Part shown: in pieces, positions 6,807-15,737 of the stretch | Layout: the number at the start of each line of letters is the position of its first letter | Position numbering within the stretch: position 1 is the stretch's first letter | Assembly: GCA_018304465.1 (NCBI GenBank) | Contig: JAGVWC010000010.1 | Span: 96,001 to 160,000 of the forward strand | DNA: 64,000 nucleotides | Source of the DNA: Candidatus Iainarchaeum sp. | Lineage (GTDB): Archaea; Iainarchaeota; Iainarchaeia; Iainarchaeales; JAGVWC01 | Direction of reading: 5' to 3' | Notes under the pieces: model-generated | What the model was told of the DNA's origin: nothing | What the model saw: the letters and a program-made list of their open reading frames with translations, nothing else | Databases searched by the model: none | Program-made: the position numbers and the translations under genes

Positions 6807-8636
6807 TCATTCTAAAATGCTTGTCAATTTTTGCGTAAAATATGCTGCCTCAATTGGGCACAAAGGAGTATCTTGTGTGAAGGGTTGGTTGGTCATTAAT
6901 TTGCAGTCCCCCAAGAGGTAATTTCTAGCATTCACGCCATCGTTTGCGTAAAAATCAGGCGATCCGAACGAATGCATCATTTCATGCAGCAACACAGGCC
7001 ATAATCGAAATGGTCTTGGTTCGTTGTATTCGGTATATTCTGCGTTAATCACTTGCCCCAAATTTATTTGGGATACAATTACCCCATCTCCCAAATAGAC
7101 TCCCGCAGCGACAACGTTTCTCATAATATTTTTTGTTGTAAGTGATTCGTCTTCCTGACTTATACCATCGGTGGATACTGCAATTACTGTATGAGTATAA
7201 TTGTAATCAGCAATATCGCAAAAATCGAGTATGGTCGATTTGAATGCGGCTGTATCTGAATCGCCAAGCGCGGGGAGAAAGGTTCTTATTTCAGGGGGGG
7301 ATTTGCTGCATCGAACAGCTGTCGTATCGATTTCTATTGGTTTGTTTAAATCCTTGCCTAAAGATAAAATTTTTGTTTTTAACTTACCAATCTGTTCATT
7401 TAACCCCGTCTGAATATGTTCATTCAATGAAGTATTATCGCTCATGTAGACGCCCACGGCTAACAAATTGATGTGTTCAGAGGCACTATTTGGATCGTCA
7501 TTAAAACAGGTGTTTGCTACACACTGCTTGCCTATGCAATCTTCATCGCTTGTACAACCATTGCGACCTAAAGGGACAAACACATTGGGATTGCATATAA
7601 ACATCTGATCGAAATTCTCTAAACCACCAGATTCGGTGATATATGGCCTGTTCGCTATATAGGTTCCACACGAAAAAGTTGGTCGTAGTGAATCAACTAT
7701 CGAAAATGATTGTGAATAATACGGATAAGAAACACCAATCCCGATATTTGAATCAATAATTATTTGCACTAATGAGTTCAAAGTAGCTTTTTCCGTGGGT
7801 AACTGAATATCAACAGCTTTTTTTTCACTGTTTTTTACAAAAATATCTTTTGTGATCAACAAGTATTCCCCATTGTAGGAATGTTGCCCATATTCAATCA
7901 TTGATACCGGATAAAAATAGAATTTCATAGTCAAACCTAAATCTATTCCAAAGTTGTTCACGAGGTTAAATGTTTTTTTCGAGTCGGAGCCTTTGGAGTA
8001 CCACGTTTGGGGATCTATTTCCTCCACATACACGCTATTGCTTTTAGAATAAATTTTTTGTTGGGCAACGTTGTCCACGCAGTTTAAATAATCCGCATTA
8101 TAACATAAACCACCACATACAAGTTTGCAAGATATTGGACTAGAAAAATCGCTTTTTGTAAAAATGTGTAAATCTTCGTCATAGGTATACGTTTTTGGAA
8201 CTGCACACGAAGTGTCAAAGCATACCTCGTTATCCAAACATTGATGCAGAGTTTTTGGCGGATAACCCCGGGTGGTTGCATCGCTACACACGAATGCTTT
8301 TTTTAATCCAGAACACTGGTCTTGACAAGGATTTTGCAAACTAGAATCGTTTTGGTCGGAGTCGACGGACGTTTGGTCATCTATCGCGTCTGGTGCGGTA
8401 GAACTACAAGCACTTATATCGAAATATTTACAATTAGAAGCGCAGCCTAATGTTCCGCCAGAAAAGTTAAAATCAAGGCAATTCCTGCCAGCCAAAAAAT
8501 TTCCGTCACACACTTCACTCCCATCCAGTTCACTATTTCCACAAAGTGACTCTGGCACAGGAGAAAATCCTACTCGGGTACATCCGACTAGAAAGAGAAG
8601 TATTACAATTAGAGCAAAGAAAACAACTTTTTGCAT
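6807..8636 (-). CDS. Secreted/lipid-anchored Cys-rich protein with C-terminal zincin metallopeptidase motif
   Basis: MQKVVFFALIVILLFLVGC signal/lipobox-like; CGN..LDG.E.CDG..L...C..F..G.L.C...C..FD.S.C module; LLHEMMHSFGSPDFY...CKLM (HExxH plus Met-turn). Confidence 0.78.
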   Translation of the reverse strand: MQKVVFFALIVILLFLVGCTRVGFSPVPESLCGNSELDGSEVCDGNFLAGRNCLDFNFSGGTLGCASNCKYFDISACSSTAPDAIDDQTSVDSDQNDSSLQNPCQDQCSGLKKAFVCSDATTRGYPPKTLHQCLDNEVCFDTSCAVPKTYTYDEDLHIFTKSDFSSPISCKLVCGGLCYNADYLNCVDNVAQQKIYSKSNSVYVEEIDPQTWYSKGSDSKKTFNLVNNFGIDLGLTMKFYFYPVSMIEYGQHSYNGEYLLITKDIFVKNSEKKAVDIQLPTEKATLNSLVQIIIDSNIGIGVSYPYYSQSFSIVDSLRPTFSCGTYIANRPYITESGGLENFDQMFICNPNVFVPLGRNGCTSDEDCIGKQCVANTCFNDDPNSASEHINLLAVGVYMSDNTSLNEHIQTGLNEQIGKLKTKILSLGKDLNKPIEIDTTAVRCSKSPPEIRTFLPALGDSDTAAFKSTILDFCDIADYNYTHTVIAVSTDGISQEDESLTTKNIMRNVVAAGVYLGDGVIVSQINLGQVINAEYTEYNEPRPFRLWPVLLHEMMHSFGSPDFYANDGVNARNYLLGDCKLMTNQPFTQDTPLCPIEAAYFTQKLTSILE

Positions 8637-8797
8637 TACCTTACTGCGCAGACTATCAATAAAAAGCTGTTGTCTTTTCCGCAATGAGGAGGTCAACTTC
8701 TTATTTTACTTGTTCGTTTTTATCCCAACGCATAAAAATGCGCTCCCAAAAAAATTAATTACTTTTGCCACAAGACAAATTATTTCAAAAAGACAAT

Positions 8798-9340
8798 TCA
8801 CAAAACAAGCCTAGCCAAGGAATAGTAATTGATCTCGTTTTCCGAATCCACGACCGCTTGCAAACAAACCGTGTGCAGATTCTGACTTAAACGCACCATG
8901 CGCGACAACTGCGGCATCGACAGTTTTTCGTTTTGGGTTTTCACGTCCACGACAAACTGCGAATGCGCTTCTCCGGGCTTTTTTCCCCGCGGATACACGC
9001 GAAAATCAAAACCGAACTTGAAACCCGTCTTGATCACGAAACCTTTTTCGCGAAAATCACAATACACCACGAATTTCTTGTAAAAATGCGGTTCGAGTTT
9101 TTCAGCCAACAAAAGCAACTGCCGCGCCGACACCGCTTTGCCGGCTTTTTCGATCTTTAATCGCTCGCGTTCCAGCAAAAACAAGGCCTCGTTCAAATCC
9201 AATACGAGTTCACGGCCTTTGCGTTCCCCGAATCCTTTTTGAAACAACCGATCCAACTCAGACTGGGAACGAACCAACACCTTGTTACCCGTCAATTCGA
9301 TCAAGGCAAGCTTTTTCGAACGCGTTTTCTTTGCGGCCAT
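8798..9340 (-). CDS. endA: tRNA-intron (splicing) endonuclease
   Basis: L.LNEALFL, VY.D.R.KG..IKTGFKFGFDFRVY..G..P...HS, AVVD.E..INYY. Confidence 0.92.
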   Translation of the reverse strand: MAAKKTRSKKLALIELTGNKVLVRSQSELDRLFQKGFGERKGRELVLDLNEALFLLERERLKIEKAGKAVSARQLLLLAEKLEPHFYKKFVVYCDFREKGFVIKTGFKFGFDFRVYPRGKKPGEAHSQFVVDVKTQNEKLSMPQLSRMVRLSQNLHTVCLQAVVDSENEINYYSLARLVL

Positions 9341-9415
9341 CCTATATAGCAACTTCAATTGAACCTTAAAAACCCATGCGTTTTAAAAAACCTCGATTCC
9401 TTGAATAGTCCTATC

Positions 9416-10513
9416 ATGAAACCCGAAGAAAACGCGATTGACGCGTGGAGCAACCAAGCCATCACCGATTACGACCACGTCTTCAAAGAATTCGGATTAA
9501 AACCGTTTCCAAAAACAATGGCAACCGAACTAAACCATTATTTGTTTGAACGCGGCATCATTATCGCGCACCGCGACTTTGACAAGATATTCGAACGCAT
9601 CCAGAAAAAAAAGCCGTTCATCAACATTACGGGCATCGCGTCCAGCGGACCCTATCACCTCGGGCACAAAGTCGACATCGATTTGTTCGCTTTTTTGAAA
9701 AAAAAAGGAGCCAAAAACTATTTTGCGGTCTGTGACATCGACGGATACGTTTCGCGAAGCGACGCCAAAGTGCCTTCGATGAAAGCCGCCAAGGAATTCG
9801 CGGTTCAAAACACGGCGGACGCGCTGGCCCTGGGACTCGACCCCGAAGACATTTACGTGCAATCCAAAAAACCCAGCCGGTACTACGAGTTTTCGTTTGA
9901 AATCAGCAAAAAAATCACGACCTCGACTTTCGAAGCCATTTACGGACACTTGGACATGGGAAAAATATCCGCGAACTTATTGCAATACGCCGATATTTTG
10001 CACGGACAACTCCCCGAATTCGAAGGAAAAATGCCTTCGGTCACCGGAATCGGCTTGGACCAAGACCCCCATGCCCGCGCGACCCGCGACTTTGTCGAAC
10101 GCCTGCCCTATGAAATGGAAAAACCCTCGTTTTTGTATTTTAAACACCAATCCGGACTCAAGGAAGGAAGCAAAATGAGCGCGTCCGAACCCGACACCGC
10201 GATTTTCCTAAACGATCCCCCCAAAGAAATCGAGCGAAAAATCCAGCGCGCGTTTACGGGCGGAAGACCCACATTGGAAGAACACCGAAAACTCGGCGGC
10301 GTCCTTGAAATCGACAAAGTATTCGAAATGCTCTGGTTCCATTATCCGAACACCAAAGAACTCTTGGCCATCGCCGACGAATTCAAAAGCGGAAAAATGC
10401 TTTCGCGCGAAATGAAACAAATCGCGATCGACTATTTCGTGCCGATGCTTTTAGAACACCAGAAAAAAGCGAAAGAAAACCTCGCCAAAGCCAAAAAAAT
10501 CGTGTACGGATAA
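9416..10513 (+). CDS. trpS: Tryptophan--tRNA ligase (archaeal type)
   Basis: HLGH, G.DQDPH, KMSAS.P..AIFL.D, AFTGGR.T.EEHRKLGG. Confidence 0.92.
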   Translation: MKPEENAIDAWSNQAITDYDHVFKEFGLKPFPKTMATELNHYLFERGIIIAHRDFDKIFERIQKKKPFINITGIASSGPYHLGHKVDIDLFAFLKKKGAKNYFAVCDIDGYVSRSDAKVPSMKAAKEFAVQNTADALALGLDPEDIYVQSKKPSRYYEFSFEISKKITTSTFEAIYGHLDMGKISANLLQYADILHGQLPEFEGKMPSVTGIGLDQDPHARATRDFVERLPYEMEKPSFLYFKHQSGLKEGSKMSASEPDTAIFLNDPPKEIERKIQRAFTGGRPTLEEHRKLGGVLEIDKVFEMLWFHYPNTKELLAIADEFKSGKMLSREMKQIAIDYFVPMLLEHQKKAKENLAKAKKIVYG

Positions 10514-10951
10514 TTATTTTTTCGTTTCGTGCGGAACAATGAGTTCTTCCACTTCGATTTGAGTGGACAACCGCACCTGTTGCACCAGATTCTTGTAATA
10601 TTCGTTTTGCTGACGCACCAAAAAAATATGGCTACAGCGGTTTAATTCCGCCAACTGAACGATTTTCTGGGGAACCCCGCCCCATTCCAAAACGGATTCG
10701 ACTTGTTTTCCCTGAACCGACAAAAACGTGGAAATCTGCTGCATCAACTGGTTCGCGACCCGGATTTCGTTCGTGGTAAACCCGAACGGCCCCACAGATT
10801 CTTTCTGGTCAATCACGGACAATAACACCACACGATCGGCGTCACGACTGGCCTGAACCAAAAAATCAGGCGTATTCTCAAACTTGGACAAAATCGGAAT
10901 CAACACAGAACGCAAATTCGGTTTGGCCATATGCAGCATCCTTTCAATCAA
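10514..10951 (-). CDS. Universal stress protein (UspA family)
   Basis: VLIP...VVLLSVID...EWG.VPQKIVQLAE..RCSHIFL pattern. Confidence 0.7.
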   Translation of the reverse strand: MIERMLHMAKPNLRSVLIPILSKFENTPDFLVQASRDADRVVLLSVIDQKESVGPFGFTTNEIRVANQLMQQISTFLSVQGKQVESVLEWGGVPQKIVQLAELNRCSHIFLVRQQNEYYKNLVQQVRLSTQIEVEELIVPHETKK

Positions 10952-11765
10952 TCAGTTTATACAACCCTTTCTTCTTTTCAAACACGAAACCATCGTCTTT
11001 TAGAAACTCGCACAGCGTTCTCGCGAAAAAAACACCGGTCTTTACACCCGCCGCCAACTCTTCCACGGTCGCGGTGGGATGATCGCGGAAAAAATCCATC
11101 GCCAACGGATTAAAATCGCGGTACAAACGGGTTTCGATCACGTAAAACGACCCGTCAAAACTCTTGATGCCCCGCACTTCCCCCGCCTTGATGCGCACAT
11201 ACAATTGCGAACTCGCATCCTTTGCTTCTTTTTCGTTCCGAATAATCACGAAACCGTTTTTGGTCATGGACAAATCATCCGCTGACTTCGGATCCGACAA
11301 ATCTTTTTTCGTTGTAACCTGCGATTCTTTTTTTTCCGGCAACGATCCGGGAGAAACGCGATAAATCTCGTTTTTGTACTTTTCATTCAAACGAAACGGT
11401 TCCACGACGCCTTCCTTTAACAATTCCCGAAACCGCTTCAATTCTTCGGCGGATAACTGCCGCTCAAAAGATCCCACAATGCGCTTGGGAAGAAGCGTCT
11501 TGTCGGAAAGCATCCCCAAAAGCTTTTCATCCAGCGGATTTCCAAAAGAAGACGGTTGCAGCGACAACGAAACGGAAGAATCCAATGGCACCGCCTCAAA
11601 ACCAGGCGCGTTTTTTTCTTTTGCGGCGTCCGAAAACAACACGATAAACCCTTTTTGAGTTGAAACCACTTCAAACGACAAGTAATCGGAAAAACCCAAT
11701 TTTTCCTGATCCTCCAACGAGAAGACCAACACGAACTCTTTTCCACGGCGTTCCAGACGAGCCAT
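10944..11765 (-). CDS. Hypothetical protein, AbrB-like N-terminus and winged-helix-like C-terminus
   Basis: Start at ATG 11765 below TTTATAAA; C-terminal TVEELA......ARTLCEFL.DDG.V.EKKKG.Y resembles a wHTH. Confidence 0.65.
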   Translation of the reverse strand: MARLERRGKEFVLVFSLEDQEKLGFSDYLSFEVVSTQKGFIVLFSDAAKEKNAPGFEAVPLDSSVSLSLQPSSFGNPLDEKLLGMLSDKTLLPKRIVGSFERQLSAEELKRFRELLKEGVVEPFRLNEKYKNEIYRVSPGSLPEKKESQVTTKKDLSDPKSADDLSMTKNGFVIIRNEKEAKDASSQLYVRIKAGEVRGIKSFDGSFYVIETRLYRDFNPLAMDFFRDHPTATVEELAAGVKTGVFFARTLCEFLKDDGFVFEKKKGLYKLID

Positions 11766-11853
11766 CAACACTACTAGTAATAGCCACAAAAAGGATTTAT
11801 AAAGCCGGTTTTTCTTCGCAAACAAATAAAACCACGAAACATCCATGTTTTTC

Positions 11854-12744
11854 ATGCCCCCCAGGTACATGACCCAAAAGTTTCGAAACCACGCGCGTGA
11901 AATCATCGAACAAAGCCGGCGCACCGGCGAAAACGCGTTCCAACAACTCTTCGGAAACGAACACGCCTCCAAAACCCCACATGGAATGTACAAGCAACTA
12001 AAATTACCTCAACACCAAATCGAATTGCTCGAACAAGACCGATTACGACACACCGAATACCCGGACAAAACACGGGAATGGCTCACCTGGATCGCCCGCA
12101 AGCGACTCGAACAAAGAAACGCCGCTTTGAAAAAACAACAACGAACCAAAAAAACAAAAACCCAAAAACAGGGCAAAACCCTGCCACCCAACACCAGGGC
12201 CCCGCGTCGAACCCCTTCGTCCAAAACACCGATTCCAACCGCGCGCATTTCGACTCCCAAAGAACACGCCTTGGACGGTCTTCAAACCGCGCTTGCGGCG
12301 TATAACAAGAATCCCACGCCGGAAAATTTTCGCGCCTTAAACAGTCACCTCACCCACATGCGATCCCACGACCAAGCAGTCGCGGCCACATACGAAGAAC
12401 TTATGGATGAAATTTATCGGCGCGCACATCCGGCGCCCGAAAAGAAAACGGTTTCAAAACCCGTGCAACCCACCCCCAGCCCACGACCTTTCACACCCGT
12501 GGCCGCCCAACAAACTCAACCGGCCCTGTCACCGGTGCGAACACCCGAGGACACCCTGCGCGAAAAATGCAGCGGGGCCATCAGCGCTTTTTTGAAAAAC
12601 CCGAATCTTGACGCTTACGCCGCGATTCAACAAGCCATTGCCACCTTGGCCGCCACCAACCCCACCCAAGCCCAGGCATACCAGACCTACATTGGAAAAG
12701 AAATGTGGCGCCGCGGATGGCTCGAAAGAGATTATAAAAGATAA
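11854..12744 (+). CDS. Hypothetical basic, Pro/Thr-rich protein with a duplicated helical module
   Basis: Long ORF with genome-typical codon usage; two ~52-aa similar modules. Confidence 0.7.
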   Translation: MPPRYMTQKFRNHAREIIEQSRRTGENAFQQLFGNEHASKTPHGMYKQLKLPQHQIELLEQDRLRHTEYPDKTREWLTWIARKRLEQRNAALKKQQRTKKTKTQKQGKTLPPNTRAPRRTPSSKTPIPTARISTPKEHALDGLQTALAAYNKNPTPENFRALNSHLTHMRSHDQAVAATYEELMDEIYRRAHPAPEKKTVSKPVQPTPSPRPFTPVAAQQTQPALSPVRTPEDTLREKCSGAISAFLKNPNLDAYAAIQQAIATLAATNPTQAQAYQTYIGKEMWRRGWLERDYKR

Positions 12745-12774
12745 AAAAAATAGAAAAAAAAAGAATCGTGGGTT

Positions 12775-13683
12775 TTACGCCACGACTTCGATGTTCAAAC
12801 GCTTTTTGAGTTCGCGGTAACGATTTCGGATCGTGACTTCGGTCACTCCCGCGACGTTTGCGACTTCTTTTTGCGTTCGGCGCTCTCCTTTCAAAAGGCT
12901 TGCGATGTACACGGCGGCTGCCGCAACACCGGTCGGACCGCGGCCTGAAATCAAACCGTTTCCGATGGCCTTTTCAAGGATCTTTCGGCCTTCTTCCTGC
13001 ACTTCTCCCGACAAGTTCAATTCCGACGCGAAACGCGGAATGTAATAAATCGGGTTGGTCAACGGAACTTCGAGTTTTAACTCGCGCACCAAAAACCGGT
13101 AGGTTCGGCCGATTTCTTTTTTCGTCAAACCGCTTGCTTCCGCCATTTCGTTTAACGTACGCGGAACGTTATACGTCCGGCACACAGTGTACAAAACAGC
13201 CGCAACAACGGCTTCGATGAGTCGACCGCGAATCAAACCTTTCTTGACGGTTTTACGGTACAAGAGCGCGGCCGCTTCGATCAAAGACTCCGGAATATTC
13301 AAGTACGACGCCACACGACGCAACTCCGTCAATGCAATGGAGAGGTTTCGCTGCATGCTCGAACTGATCGACGCGCGTTTATGCCACTTGATCAAGCGAT
13401 ACATCTGCGCCCGGCTTTTGGTCGAAAGCTTGTTTCCGCGAAGATCGGTTCCGCGACGGTCAATCATCGTGACAAGCCCTTTGTTAAGCTTGACGTATTT
13501 CATCGGCGAACCACTGCGCGCGACTTCGTCGAATTGATTCGAATTGAAACTGCGCCACTCTTTTCCGAAATCCACCATGTCGTCGTTGATCACCAGACCG
13601 CAGCTTTGGCAAATCATTTCTCCGCGTTCCTGGTCTCGGACGATCTTGGTGCTTCCGCAATCTGGACACTTTTCTTCTGTCAT
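12775..13683 (-). CDS. tfb: Transcription initiation factor IIB
   Basis: CPDC..C..CG Zn ribbon, EWRSF, two cyclin repeats, GVTEVTIRNRY. Confidence 0.98.
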   Translation of the reverse strand: MTEEKCPDCGSTKIVRDQERGEMICQSCGLVINDDMVDFGKEWRSFNSNQFDEVARSGSPMKYVKLNKGLVTMIDRRGTDLRGNKLSTKSRAQMYRLIKWHKRASISSSMQRNLSIALTELRRVASYLNIPESLIEAAALLYRKTVKKGLIRGRLIEAVVAAVLYTVCRTYNVPRTLNEMAEASGLTKKEIGRTYRFLVRELKLEVPLTNPIYYIPRFASELNLSGEVQEEGRKILEKAIGNGLISGRGPTGVAAAAVYIASLLKGERRTQKEVANVAGVTEVTIRNRYRELKKRLNIEVVA

Positions 13684-13845
13684 AAATTACTTCCCCCTAT
13701 CGCCCAAATTTTACCAAACCCAACGGCGACGGCTGTGAAACGACGTCACCGTAAAAAAAGGGCATTCTATATAAATAGGTGCCTCTGAACTATTTAAACC
13801 TATCGGAAACCGGATAACCGAGGAATAGACCTAAAACGCCCCAGT

Positions 13846-14352
13846 TCACTTCTTTTCGGAAGCGGGCTTTTTGGGTTTGGGGGTTTCCTTTTTGGCTTCT
13901 TTTTTTGCAGCTTTGGATGCTTTGGGTTCCGAAAACGCCTTTTCTTCCGAAGCGGCCAATAAAACGGCATTCACGCCACCGGAATGGCCCGGTCGCGAGG
14001 TAATCCTGACCATGCGAGTTGCGTTCCCCAGTTCGACTTCGACAATGGCGCCACGGGTTAAAATGTTTCGGCGGGCGTATTGACGGTTCGCGTCATTTTG
14101 CCGAACCGTTATAAGGGATCCGACCACGTTTTTCTTGGTTTGGGAATCGGTCACCGTGACTTTGTTGGCCAATAAATGCTTGATTTTGGTGTTTCCACCG
14201 AGCGAAGAAAGGGTTTTTTTGCGGTCTTGGGGAGCGATTTTGGTTTCGGAAAAAACGCCGCCTTTTTCGGATTCTTTCTTATCGCGTGCGTTCACGCTGT
14301 TGTTTAGTCCGCCGCTGGGCTTGCGAAGAGACGGTTTATCCCAATTAACCAT
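13846..14352 (-). CDS. rps8e: 30S ribosomal protein S8e
   Basis: RKPSGG, GGNTK, ANRQYARRNILTRGAIVE, ITSRPG.SG.VNAVL; Lys-rich tail. Confidence 0.95.
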   Translation of the reverse strand: MVNWDKPSLRKPSGGLNNSVNARDKKESEKGGVFSETKIAPQDRKKTLSSLGGNTKIKHLLANKVTVTDSQTKKNVVGSLITVRQNDANRQYARRNILTRGAIVEVELGNATRMVRITSRPGHSGGVNAVLLAASEEKAFSEPKASKAAKKEAKKETPKPKKPASEKK

Positions 14353-14400
14353 TCCATTTCCTCCAAAAACGCTTTTTAATCCATTATTCTGTCAATTAAT

Positions 14401-14964
14401 ATGATGAAAATCCAAAAACTGGAAAACGGGTTTCTCGGCATTGAAACCGGAACCACTACTATTAAAGAACCTGACAGCGTTCTTAAAAAGCTTTCTTTGA
14501 TTAAAGGCGCTTCAGACGCCTGGATTCAGGGGTTTTCGACCCGCCGGGTACTAAACGAGATCCATATCGGATTTGCCGCATATCAAACCAACGTGGCCAT
14601 TTGGCGGAAACGCTGTTTTTCTCCGGTTCCGGCATTGGATTTTTTGATTCGCTTGTCTGGACAAAAACAAGTCACCCACGCGATACGGGATTTTGGAATC
14701 AAAGAAGGCGCGCGACAACCCACGGGAATCGTGGCGTTTGCACTGGACAAAACCGATTGCCGACGCATGATCAACGAAGGGATTGTCGCCTTGGATTTGA
14801 AACCGGAAAAAAGACACGTTCCTTCGAAAGAACAATTGGAAGAAATCCGGCAATACTTCTACATAACTCGTTTTGCCTCGGAACGTTTTCCCCCCTCCGC
14901 AAAAACCCGTTTCACCGAATCCACGATCCTCGAAAAAATCGCTTTGCTGGAACTGGAGCACTAA
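14401..14964 (+). CDS. cgi121: KEOPS complex subunit Cgi121
   Basis: HI.FA...T..A....LDFLIRLSGQKQV..AI..FGIKEG, ILEKIALL C-terminus. Confidence 0.8.
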   Translation: MMKIQKLENGFLGIETGTTTIKEPDSVLKKLSLIKGASDAWIQGFSTRRVLNEIHIGFAAYQTNVAIWRKRCFSPVPALDFLIRLSGQKQVTHAIRDFGIKEGARQPTGIVAFALDKTDCRRMINEGIVALDLKPEKRHVPSKEQLEEIRQYFYITRFASERFPPSAKTRFTESTILEKIALLELEH

Positions 14965-14968
14965 CCCC

Positions 14969-15718
14969 ATGACACGGTCCATTTTCAAAAAAATCATCGC
15001 TTTGCGCACACCGCTTCGCGGAATGGTTCCAAAAATCCGAATCCAATACCTCGTCCCGGCCAAAACCGCGTTTGGAAGACGAATTCGTCGCCTGGACCGA
15101 TCACAGCCATCGCATAGCCGCGAACTGGCCACCCGAAAAATCGTGTTGCCGATGGCCAAAACCATTTTGGGTTCGTACATGGCGGGATTATTGTTGGTCG
15201 GAAGCGCGCAAACCAGCATCCGCGCGGCGCAACACAATCCGATTCTTCGCTTGTCCAAAAAAGAAGAAAGCGACGTCGACTTGGTCGTTGTGTCCCCTCA
15301 CCGATGCGACTCCTTCGAATTCTTGAATCGATTCCACCGGTTTTCAAAAGCGGTTCACGAAACGTTTTTGCAACACGGAATTCCGTTCGAACCCCACGTC
15401 ATGTACCGGTTGCTTCGACACCCGCCGCGCTCAATTGAAGCGGTCCGGCAGCTCGAGCTCGTGCCGCCCGACGGACCGCGGTTGAAAAACCGCCTCAAAA
15501 GCCCGTTTCAAATTATTTACGGAAAAGAACTTCAGCTTGCCGTAAACGAATTTTTTTCGACCGAAGAACAAGACGAGGTTCGATTGCAGATGATCCAGCG
15601 AAAAATGAAAAAACTTCCGTTCAAAGTCAAACGACGCGCCAAGCGCAAGGCCCTAAACGAAGCCGTCCGAAAAATCCAGAACCGAAGACGCGTCCAACGC
15701 GCAAACGGCGAACAATAA
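14969..15718 (+). CDS. Nucleotidyltransferase-fold (Pol beta-like) protein, highly basic
   Basis: LLLVGS...SDVDLVVV (GS...DxD); start at ATG 14969. Confidence 0.65.
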   Translation: MTRSIFKKIIALRTPLRGMVPKIRIQYLVPAKTAFGRRIRRLDRSQPSHSRELATRKIVLPMAKTILGSYMAGLLLVGSAQTSIRAAQHNPILRLSKKEESDVDLVVVSPHRCDSFEFLNRFHRFSKAVHETFLQHGIPFEPHVMYRLLRHPPRSIEAVRQLELVPPDGPRLKNRLKSPFQIIYGKELQLAVNEFFSTEEQDEVRLQMIQRKMKKLPFKVKRRAKRKALNEAVRKIQNRRRVQRANGEQ

Positions 15719-15737
15719 ATCACGATTCGTCTTCAAC

